Positions 1 to 12,000 of a DNA stretch of 64,000 nucleotides are shown piece by piece. This stretch comes from Podarcis melisellensis. Its lineage: Eukaryota. Location: assembly GCA_964234715.1 (NCBI GenBank), contig OZ174275.1. One strand, given 5' to 3'. Below the pieces are notes generated by a model, which had not been told where the DNA came from, made no database searches, and worked only from the letters and a program-made list of their open reading frames with translations. The position numbers were made by a program, and so were the translations under genes. The stretch's first letter is position 1, and each line of letters starts with the position of its first letter.

Positions 1-3000
1 CTAAAGGTACAACAGCAATTCAGTGAAAGTGATAATGAATTAGCAAATTTCAAGGCATTTAAATGTGCCATAATAGCTCATTGTCATAAATTTTGGGGTG
101 TTGTGTGCCAACGTCAATAACTGTTTATTTAGTTTGTCTGTTTCTATGTGTTTCACAATTTTTTTAATTTCCTGCCACAAACTAATATCTTTAAAGTGCC
201 TGTGATACGAAAGAAAGCCATTTCGGAGGAACAAGTAACAGTTCAAGTATCTAGGAAAGAAGCTACGCACTATGAAGGTACATAATCTAATTAAGTCTTC
301 TAACTTGTCAATGCTTTATGTTACAGAGCCCAAGCCCAGGTTGTCACGTATACTAAAGGTGTTTATGGCCATTTGATCGGCCATTCACACTCCATTCACA
401 TTAATGATTGGATAGACTTTAAATAAATTCATTTTCAAATGCAGCAATAGACACACATGGGGGATTGTTTCAAGGTTTAGATATTATTTAGGCTGCCTTT
501 CATGTGTCTCAGATGTAGCCCAATAAAAACCATTCTCATAAAGCATTAAGGGAGAAAAATGAAAACTTGGGTGGAAAAGAAAATAGCATAAGATCCAATT
601 AATGATAGTTCAGTAGCAATGAAAAACTTTTTTCAGAACTTAACTGAAGAGTGGAATAACTAGAAACCAGAAAGGTGGAACACTTAGATTTTAATTAGAT
701 TAGACGAACTGGTTTCAGTGGGACCAAACTTTATAACTAGTGAGGCTAACCATAAAAGCATTACTAGTGCTCAGTTTGGGGGATGAGCCTTAACTTGCCC
801 TGGTAGACATGACCCATGAGAGCAGAAAAATAATCAGAGCCCAGGCGGGATAAAAAGGAGTTCCAGCAAAAAATGTTTAGCGACTTATGGAGTGCAGAAG
901 GGGCATATTTCAGAACCTTTCACTCCTCCACCCCCTTTGCTCTTAACAACAGCCACTTTACTTTATATGTGATTGTAGCAAACCTAGATTTAAGCCAATA
1001 ATTGTGCTGCACTCCTATCTGGTTTCAGCCTGAGCATCTCTAATTAGCAGAGCAAAAGGTTAGAATTAGTTAACCTTGAAGAAGGCCTGCTTCTGTGACT
1101 AAATGGAAAGTATAAGTTTATTCCACAATAAATACGGCTGGGCTCTCTGTTTGTTGGTCATTGTCTTTGGTTATGTCTTTTTTGTCCTATGCTTTTTACA
1201 AGTATGATTTTGCATGTCTCAAAGAAAACTAATATCTTTAAGATACAGAAACATATGAGGAAATGCTTCTAGAAGAAATGGAAGAACGGTATCCTGCCGC
1301 CATTCCTAGGAAACGTGAGGTTGCACCTCCCAAAGGTATATTCTTTCTTCGAGGAAAACGTAAAGCTACCAAAGTCACAAAAGTGACATGTTTTCATTAT
1401 TTCGCTCTTGTTCAGTTTGATGCTACTATTTGCATTTTGTGGTTTAAAAATTCTTACAAGGGAATTGATTTTATTTAAAGTGTCTGAGGTGCCCAGAAAA
1501 GGAGGGGCAGAAGAGAAGATATCCATTGCAAAGCATGAAAAAACAGAATTAGTTTCTGTACATAAAAAAGCAGAACTTACTGAAGTATCTCAGATAACGC
1601 AGCCTCAAGCACCAGAAAGGAAGACAGCTGCTCGTAAATCCACAAAACCAGAATCTATTGCTGTATCAAAGCCAGCAGAGCCTGAGCTGCCAAAACAGAA
1701 GCCACTTCTTGCCAAACCCAGGAAACCACAACCCGTTGTGGAGCCTGAAGTGCAAGAAGAGGAGATAGATATTGCTGAACCTGAGGAACCCATACCTGTT
1801 GCAGTTTATGAGGCAGTCGAACCTCATGTGCCAGAAAAGAAGAAAGTCGTTGCTAAACCTAAAAAACCAGAGCCTGTTGTGATGCTTAAAACAGTAGAGT
1901 CAAAACAGGAGATCGCTGTTGCCAAACCCAGAAAACCAGAACCTCTTGTGGAGCTTGAAACAGAAGAGCCTGGGGTGCCAGAAAAGAAGCTAATCATTGC
2001 TAAACCTAAAAAAACAAAACCTGGTGTGGTTCCTAAAACAACAGAGCCTCCAGTGCAAGAAGACCAGGTGGCTGTCTCCAAACCTAGGAAACCAGAACCT
2101 GCTGGGTTTCCTCAAACAGTAGAGCCTGAAATGGAAGAAGAGGAGATAGATATTGCTGAACCTGAGGAAGCAAAACCTGTTGTAGTTCTTGAGACAGTAG
2201 AACCTCATGTACCCCAAAAGAAGGCTGTTGCTAAACCTAAAAAACCAGAACCTATTATGGTGTCTAAAATAGTGGAGCCTCCAGTGCCAAAACAGAAGAT
2301 AGCTGTCACTGAACCCAGAAAACCAGGACCTGTTGTGGAGCCTGAAACAGCAGAGCCTGAAGTGCTGGAAGAGCAGGTAGTTGTCTCCAAACCCAGAAAA
2401 CCAGAATCCATTGTCATGGCTCAGATGGTACAGTCTGAAGTGGAAGAAGAGGAGGTAGATATTGCTGAACTCAAGAAACCAAAACCCACTTCAGTTCTTG
2501 AGGCAGTTGAACTTCATGTGCCAGAAAAGAAAGCAGCTGTTGCTAAACCTAAAAAAACAGAGCCTCTGGTGCCTGAGCCTCCTGCACCAAAACAGAAGAT
2601 AGCTGTCACCAAACCCAGAAAACCACAACCTGCTTTGGTGCCTGACATAGAAGGGCCTGAAGAGGAAGAAAAGAAGGCAACCATTGCTAAACCTAAGAAA
2701 ACAGAGCTTGGTGTGGCTCCTAAAACAGCAGAGCCTTACATGCCAGAAGACAAGATGGCTGTTGCCAAACCCAGAAAACAGGAATTCATTGTCATGTCTC
2801 AGATGGCAGAGCCTGAGCTGGAAGAAGAGATAGATATTGTGGAACCTGAGAAACCGAAACCTATTGCTGCTCTTGAGTCAGCAGAACCTCGTGTGCCAGA
2901 AAAGGAGGTAGCCGCTGCTAAATCTAAAAAACCAGAACTTATTGCAGTGCCTAAAACAGTAACGCTTCCAGCGGCAAAACAGAAGATGGCTGTCACCAAA

Positions 3001-6000
3001 CCCAAAGAACCAGAAGTTGCCATGGTGCTTGAAACAGCAAAGCCTGAAGTGGAAGAAGAAAAGAGAGCAAAATCCGGGGAGCCAGAACCTACAGTGGTGC
3101 CTGAAACAGTTTGGTGGCAAGAGCCAGAGGAAAAGGCAGCTGTTTCCAAACCCAGAAAACCAGAGCCTGCTGTTGTGCTTGAAGCAGCAGAGGCTCAAAT
3201 ACCAGAAGAGACTGTGATGGTTGCTAAGCCTAAAAAACAAGACCCTTATGCTGTGCCTGCAACAGAGCCTCCACCATTAAAAGGTAGACGTCATTCCCAA
3301 AGGGAAAAGACACTCTTGGCTTAAGAAATGTTTGTCTTGTTTGTGGGGAAAAAATCTTCTTTGTTTCATGTTAGTTTATAAATTTTGTACAGGCAACTTT
3401 TCTTGTCATACGTAAATGTGAATGTGCCTAATTAATGTCAATGTTTGGTGTCAAGTCTTTATGGTCTTGCTGGTATTTATCTTTATTGTGGCTTCTTCAG
3501 TTTGTATAATTAACACAATCTAATATCTTTATTGAAGTATCTGGTTTATCCAAGAAACCTGTTCTAGAAAAGTGCTGACAAAAAGCAAAAAAAACAGGAG
3601 CTCTGCTGGGTAAGAAAGAAAGTAAAAAAAGAACTTATCTCTTCTTGTTTCCTGATAATCTTGTGTCCCAAAAAGTTCCGATGCTGATTTTTGCAGAAAT
3701 AGGAATGTCATTTGCAGCTGTATTCTTACCTTGAGGCATAGGCATCCTTCCCTTTATAAACAAATACGACGCAATACATCATAAAACATGAGGTCAGGTC
3801 CCTGGATGAAAGGGGAAATGCTAATTATGATAACAATTAATAATAATAAACATACCCAAACCACTGTCAGGAAGGTAACAGCTGTGGGAGTAATCTTACA
3901 AAACAGATATATCAGCAGGTATTTTGAAATCTTTCAAATGTTCACTTGAGTTCAACCGTTTCCATCAGCCCATAAAAGATAACTACTTATATATATGAAT
4001 GAAGGACCAGGATAGGGGGGAATTTTTATCCTAGTGCCTTCTCTTCAGTCACTTGAACGATTTGTTCAGATTTGCCACCTGGACAGCTAATATTCAGCAA
4101 CAATTGACGTTGTGGTGCTTGTTCATACGCCAACTATAGATGTTTTGAGAAAAGGTCTATGTCTATATAATGTAAAGGGCAGCCTCCTGCTTTCAATTGA
4201 ATACCCACCCGTGTGATTTTAATGTCAATATTGTCCATGTCATTCCATGTCCGTGTGTCATGTTCTGTCTGTTGGGAATAAATCTGTTTCACTTCTTCAT
4301 GCCGTGTTATAAACCATTTTCAGTTCTTCAAAGTAAAATGTACTAATATCTTTAAAGTTCCCGAGATGCCCAAGAAGGCTGTGCCAGAAGAGAAAATACC
4401 TGTTGCAGTGCCTAAAAAACCAGCTCCTCCACCTGCTAAAGGTATATACCTCAGTCTTGGTGACATTCATTCTTACCAAAAGAAAAAGAAATGGGTTATG
4501 GGTTCACTTTCCCCCCAGCCCCATTTATAATTCTGCATTCTTTTCTTCTTCCTCGTCTTCTAAAAACCAACTTCATTTCTTAATTGGACACGTTCAAATA
4601 GGTTTTGGTTACAATTCAAAGAGTTGTGGATACAAAACCCCATCAATTTCAATGGAACTTACTTGCCCCCTGAACTGTGACTGCTTAATATTGACCACTA
4701 ACCTTCCTGATATTCCTCTAAAGGCACCTCTTTATTCCTGACACTTTTGCCTGCATTTTAACAAACTGAAACGTAACAGAAAATGATGCTATTTCTTTTC
4801 AAGTGCCTGAGGTACCCACAAAAGTTGTCCCGGAAAAGAAGGTGCCAGCTGCTGTTCCAGAAGCACCTCCAGCTAAAGGTAACATCCCAATTGACAGAAA
4901 GCAGCAGTGGGTTAGGGCTGGTCCAGGAGGATAGGCATTGGCCTGGTTTGCATGACATGGTAAGAAGAAACCTCAGCTGCAGCTCATGGTTAGTGAGTAG
5001 ACCACTTAACAGTGAGTCTGGGCTCCGGCAATACACTAAACCAGGCCTCCTCAACCTCAGCCCTCCAGATGTTTTGAGACTAGAATTCCCATCATCCCTG
5101 ACCACTGGTCCTGCTAGCCAGGGATCATGGGAGTTGTAGGCCAAAAGCATCTGGAGGGCCGAGGTTGAGGAAGCCTGCACTAAACTAAACTTTGATTGAG
5201 GTCAGCACAGTGTAATACTAAAAAAGACTATGGAGGAGCAAAATGGTTGCAAGCTGGTGATTGAAAGCCTGCACTTTTGCACAATTCTGGTAAGCCATAG
5301 CTTAGCTTACTGTGTCACATGAACCAGGCCAGTGTATATCTTTTTTTCTTACTTTTTTATACTACACATTATCATCGCTGAATGCCATGTGTTCTTCACT
5401 TTAGTAGACGATATCAAGTGTGGTATTTGGATACCAAAGGTGGCAGAAATGTTCTCCTTTAAGCTAATACTATTTGTTTGCTTGTTTGTAGATTCACAGT
5501 CAGACTTTAATATCAATATTTCTAGAGTAGGTCACCATAAAAATAAGAAAGCAATTTTAAAAGATCAAACAGCAGATAAGACTAGCATCACTAAGACAGT
5601 CTCCTCAACAGTGAACAGGCAGGTGAAATAAATAGGGTGGCATCAAAAGATCTTATGAGAATATATAATTATGGTTTCCGTCAAATTTCAAATTATAAAT
5701 TATACATTAAAGATAAAGGATATAAATTGAATATTGTTATTTAAATATCCCCATCTACTATAACTTTATTTCAAATTATTATATTTCCTTTTTAAATTAT
5801 TATTGAAATTAATTTATTGTAGTGTCGGTTGTTAAATTGCTAACTGCTTAATTATTTACTGTTCTGTTACTGGTTTGTCAATGCTGTGCTTTCTTCCTTA
5901 CTATTACTTTCTATTTAAATTATATATAAAAAAATATTTTTTTAAAAAAAAATGTTAACGATGGTGTTAATAACAACGATGGCAAAAAAGACGGCATGCT

Positions 6001-9000
6001 AGGTGAGCCTCCCTTGGGAAATAGTTTCACAAGAAAGCCACTACCCCAGTCACCGCCCACCTTGTCTCAGAGAGATGGCAGAGCCTTCAAAGACAAAGCC
6101 TTGTGTGTTAGATGATGGCCAGTGCAGTCAAATCTCAGAAGCGGCTGCTGCTGCATTCGATGGGATTCAAATGTAACTGGACCTAGGATTACAGCCTTAA
6201 GCTGAGCAATGTTGTCACTTGTTAATATTCAGTGGGACTTACTTCCTAGTGTGCGTTGAGTTTAGATTGCAGCCTCAGTTTGCATTTGTGTCTTAGAAGT
6301 TATGTGCATTGTCCTGCACTAAAGAGTAAGCAAAATCCATACCCTTCCTTTAACAGTGCCTGAAGTACCAAAGAAACCTGTTCCAGAAGAGAAAGTTGTG
6401 CCTAAAAAGCCAGAGGTGCCAGCGGCTAAAGGTGTGTGCATTTCATGTATTCAACAAATAAGATGCTCCCATCCCTTCAGTTCCTTACTGTTCCTTTAGT
6501 GTCTACACTTCATTTCTTTCATACTTCCTTGTCATTATTCTTCACATAGAATACATGGCAGCAATGATAGCACTTATTAGTCATGTTGTATATATGGTAT
6601 ACAGTAGTACCTTGGTTCTCAATCTTAATCCATTCCAGGAGTCCATTTGACTCCCAAAACCATTCAAAAACCAAGACGCAGCTTCCAATTGGCTGCAGGA
6701 ACTTCCTGCATGCAAGCAGAAGCTGCGTTGGATGTTTGCAGCATTCGGGAGCCAATTTGTTCGACAACTAAGCTATTTGAGAGCCAAAGTACCACTGTAC
6801 ATGTTTAAGTTCACATTATTGAAGCTATTGTGTGTCCACCTGCTACCATTCTGTGACAGGATTAACATATGCTACCTTTGGAAGACATGGCATTAACATA
6901 AGCTAATCTTATTCAGTGCCCGAGGTACCAAAGAAACCTGTCCCAGAAGAAAAAGTTCCAGTGGCTGTGCCAAAGAAGCCAGAACCTCCACCTGCCAAAG
7001 GTAGGCCTCCTTTTTAAAGAAAAAATGACAAGTTAGTACTACCAGGGCCTTTTTTTCCAGCTGGAACTTGCCGGAAATCAGTTCTGGCAACTCTCAGGTG
7101 GGCGCCATTGCCATTCTAAGGGAACAAGGTCCGGCACCTCTTTTTCTAGAAAAATAGCACTGAGTAGTACACATTTTTCAAACTGAAGTCTGTTGGTGTT
7201 ACTATACTGTATATCTGCAATATCTAAATATATTTGGGTGAACACAAGAAGAGACCAAAAACTCATCTAATCTAGCACATGGCTGTCACAGTGCCCGACT
7301 AAATAGATGCTAATGGGAAGTCCACAAGCAGAACATGGGCACTACAGCATTCTCCTCACTTGCAATTTCCCAAAAACTGGTTTTGAGGAGCATACTGCCC
7401 CTACTCCGGAAGTAATACACAACCATAATGACTGGTAGCCACTGGTAGCCTTATTCCCCCATGAACCCCTTTGAAGGCCAAACAATTTGGTGGTCATCAC
7501 TGCATGTGGGAATCATGAACTCAAATGATGGATCTGTGCTGCTATTTAATGTTGGGGTTGTGTGTGTGTGTGCTTGCAACTGTGTATGTTTCTTAAATGA
7601 GTTGTTGTAAACAAAAATAATATTAATGTTTTCAAGTGCCTGAGGTGCCAAAGAAAGTTGTTCCGGAAAAGAAAGTACCAGCTGAAGTGCCTAAGAAACC
7701 GGAAGCTCCACCTGCTAAAGGTGTGTATTGTTTGTAACGCATGAAACAGCTTTGTTTGCTCTTGGGAGGAATATTTAACCTTTATCAAGGGGAGAGACAG
7801 GAAAATATTGATTTCCATCTGTGTGTTTCTACTGTGTGATCCATAAAGAAAGACAGGAGGCTTACTACTGCACAGCTTAATTGTATCATACCAGTTCTCT
7901 CCAGTTTTGTCCTTATTTTTGAAGTCCTGTGTTTTACGACTTTCATGTGTCCTTAGTATCTTCTGCGCATTCTTTGATATTCGCATTCTTAAATGAAATT
8001 CTTTTCCCTTCAAGTTCCGGAGGTACCCAAGAAAGTGGTCCCTGAGGAAAAAGCAAAGGTTCCTGAGCCTAAAAAACCAGAGCCTCCTGCTGTTAAAGGT
8101 ACATGTCATAACCAGAAATGCCACAAAGAACTTCAGATTTGCTTTATAGATGTAACACTATTTTCACATAACTGAATATTTGTGGAAGTATGTTTAATAG
8201 TCTTATTTTCCCTCTGAGATGACTTCTCATAATGTAGTCATATGTAATATGTGTCCCACATGTATTTTAGAAAAAAGATAGCCCTTTATGTTGGTTTCCC
8301 TTCCCCTTGTTTGCTCTTGTTAATTACTGGCATACATCACTGAAGCCCAAGACTTAAAACAATTTACTATCTTTGAAGTTCCTGAGGTGCCAAAGAAAAT
8401 CCCAGAAGAAAAAGTACCCGTGAAAAAGCCTGAACCTCCAGCACCCAAAGGTATATCTTAGCATCTTGGGAATATTTGTATTATTGTTGTTTTGCATGTT
8501 TAGTTCTTTCAAATTCGCCGCCTCCTGAGATTTCCTTCTACTGTTTCGGTGGCAAATTCAAATCTATTTCACTCAATTCTATGAACAGATCTAAGGAGTG
8601 CAACTTGAGTTTCTTGTAGAAACTGTTTTCTCCTTGCGTTTTGCTCATATCTTCTACATTTAGAAAGCTGGTGCGTGTTTTAATCTGTTTATTGTTATTT
8701 TAGCCTTTTCAAAAGTCTTAAATTACTGTTAATTCTTCTTATCAATAATTGTATTATCTTTTTTTGTAAACCCCTTTGAGGATTTTTTTTATTTTACTTT
8801 ATTTTTACAATCAAGCAGTATATAAAATTTCTCGTGAAAGTAAATAAATAACTCGGACATTAAAACTGACCAATGTCTTTTAAAGTGCCAGAAGTTCCCA
8901 AGAAAGTCGTTCCAGAAAAGAAACCGCCTGAACCAGAAGCTCCACCAGCTAAAGGTACATGTCAACATTATTGTGGTCACATGGAAGCATCTTCTTATTC

Positions 9001-12000
9001 TGATGTGTTTGTTGTACTTTGTGTTCCTTGTTTTCTCTGATGATGTACAACATGTCTTCTTCATGTGAGATATCCAGAAGGCTTTCAGCCTATTTTAAAA
9101 AATAATTTGTTTATTAGCTTACTCTTAGCTCTTGGTGAGTGATCTGCCATCCAGGCTGTTGACCTATTTACTTTCAGCAACCCTGGCAACAGAAATTTAC
9201 TGAAAAATAATCTGTGTAGTTCATATACTTAAGGAAAATTCAAATGAGAATGTACCAGGAAGCATCTGCATCCCTTACTAATCCTATGCTCATCTTCCAT
9301 TGACTGTGATAATTTAACAGAAGGACAAAGAAATAGGATGGCAATTAAACTGCCACACTTTACAAAGATCTGCATAACTTCTCAGGAAAGGGAAGGAGGA
9401 CTCATTTAACAAAAACAAAAACAAACTAGGGATATAGCATGAAAATAAAGAAAATATACTGTCTGCGTTTGTGGAGAGGAGGAGAAAATTGTATTTGAAT
9501 ATCGTTTTTGTCACTGTTTTCAAGTTTTGTGTTTATTGTTTTCAAATCTTTTATATCTTTGACAATCACACATTCAAAACTAATATCTTTTAAGTGCCTG
9601 AAGTGCCCAAGAAAATTGTCCCAGAAGAAAAAGTACCAAAGAAACCAGAACCTCCCCCTGCTAAAGGTATTTGTCAATTCTGAAATAATCATAGTCAAAA
9701 TATTTGGGTGCAATGCTGCTTATATAGAATCAGTGGTAAAACTCCCATGGGTTTTAAATGGAGCAGGATTCCAGTTTTTGCCTTGCTCCCATGCCTTCAG
9801 TTCCTTCATTTATTACTTCCCATTGAAATGTGGCATTTATTAGACACAATCCAGGTGAAGCTAAGCACTTTTAGGGCTACAGTCCTATGTACACATCTGA
9901 GAAAAAAGTTCATTGTACACCATGGGACTTCCTTCTGACTATACATGAGCAGGAAGTTTATGCATGTCCCATTAATTTCAATGGAGGGATTAAGCACAGT
10001 GCTTAAAACTTTAACTGGATTATGCCCAAAGTAACATGTAATCCAAATGCGTATCAAACAGATACATTTTTATAGTCTTTTTGATCACATTGAGTAAGAA
10101 AAGCCAGATGTTTATGAGCTGCCAGTGACATTTAGGTTGCATTGAGCTTGGTGGGTCGCAAAGAAGTTGGTGGTATGCCTAGGCAATGCATGTCAACAAT
10201 AAATCAAAATACAAAATATCAACAGGCCAAAGAAGACAGGTAAACTTCCAGTTGTGTTGTGTCATCTTCCAAGAAGGTGGCAAAATTCTTGTCAAAGGCA
10301 TAAACTTATTCATTATCCATTCAAGTCATTGGATGTTAATGTGAACATCCTATTAATATGTATTTGGATTTTACCATCAGTTTGAGTATATCATTGGGTT
10401 TTGAGAATTAAGGAGAACACCTTAGGAATATATGATGGCCCAGAAGAAAATATTTATGAAATATTTATCAGTTCATATATAGTCATCAGTAATCAAGAAA
10501 TATAACCAAGACTAAAACCACTCCAATCTTTTTTACAGATTTACTGTTTATGAGGAGTGGGGATGTAATACTATCTTGTCACAGTGGGATTGTAAATGCA
10601 TTTTCTTTGTTTGTATTTGATACCCTTGTTTTCTATCTGTATTGTCTGAATTAGTGATTGTTTTAATGAAAGAGAAAAGCGAGAGGCTGGGATAGATCTT
10701 CAATGTTATGTAGTAGATAATGTTGTATATCGTCATGTTTTGTGTCTCACGGTTTCTTGATCTCATAATCTTGCACGTTGCATTTAGAATTAATAATAGT
10801 AAAACAATCAAATATCTTTAAAGTGCCAGAGGTGCCCAAGAAACCTGTGCCTGAAGAGAAGGTCCCTACGCTCAAAAAGAAAGAACCACCAACACCTAAA
10901 GGTATATGTTATATCTGATCAAATCTTGAAGCGAAAAACATCCTTTTCTTATTCTCTTGATCATTGATCATCTTTGGATATCCTTATGAGTCTATGTCAT
11001 GCATTCTTTTGAGTAGCTTTCTGTGCCTAGCAATTCCATCCTCATAGTTCTACTGGTGGTACAAGTGGGTTGTACTTCATGGTAGTTTGTTGTTACAAGA
11101 TTCTGGGCACAAAAGCATGCATGCCCCCTCACCTTACATCTCGAGCTTTGACATTTTCCCATCTTTTACATTTCATTGTGCTTTCAAAATTCAATAGTAA
11201 GCATTAACTAATATCTTTAAAGTGCCAGAAGTGCCCAAGAAGGCTGTCGTCGAAGAGAAAGAACCAACTCCCGTGCTTAAAAAGCCTGTTCTTAAGGAAC
11301 CAGAACCTCCTCCTGTTAAAGGTACATTTCAGCATTAATGCAGTTATAAAGAATGTGGTTTTGATGCAGGTGTTTAAAGCAGATGTCTGGGAGATTCTTG
11401 TTCTGTCTGTGCTCCGTTGCTTAAAATTTCTTTTGTAAACAATACTGTTGGTTCAGTCCAGTGTGTGAGAGAAAAAGTGCTTAGCTGTGCTGAACTTCAT
11501 CACGACTGCTTTCTCTGTGTCCTAGTATGCAAACACACAATTGCTGATTTTGTTATAATTGTGCATTATGTTTCAGTCTTCTTCATATTAGCTATATATC
11601 TTTTGCCCCTTCTTAAAAGTAAAACTAATCTCTTTTAAGCACCCAAAGTACTTCGGAAAACTGTGCCAGTTTAAAAAGTAACTCTTGTTTTACCTAAAGA
11701 ACCAGAACGCTTTGCTGTGTCTGAAGAAGAGACCATTAGTGTTTATGAAGAAGAAAAAGTCACTGTTGAATATGAAGAAGAAGTCGTCACTGTTGTTGCC
11801 GAAGAACATGAACCTGCTATTGTGCCTAAGAAACCCAAGCCTACCATTGTCCCTAAGAAACCAGAAGCTGCAGCCGTGCCGAAACCACCAAAGGCTGTAC
11901 TTAAGAAACCAGAACGCCCACCTGCTAAAGAGACCTTGGAATATGAAGAAGAACGAGAGGTGCAAACGATTGTTGGGTACAGAGAGCGAACACATGTTTC

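Noticed and set aside
5525-5622. Lys-rich open stretch as a hidden PEVK exon
   Set aside because: No PPAK similarity and splice phases do not fit 1-1
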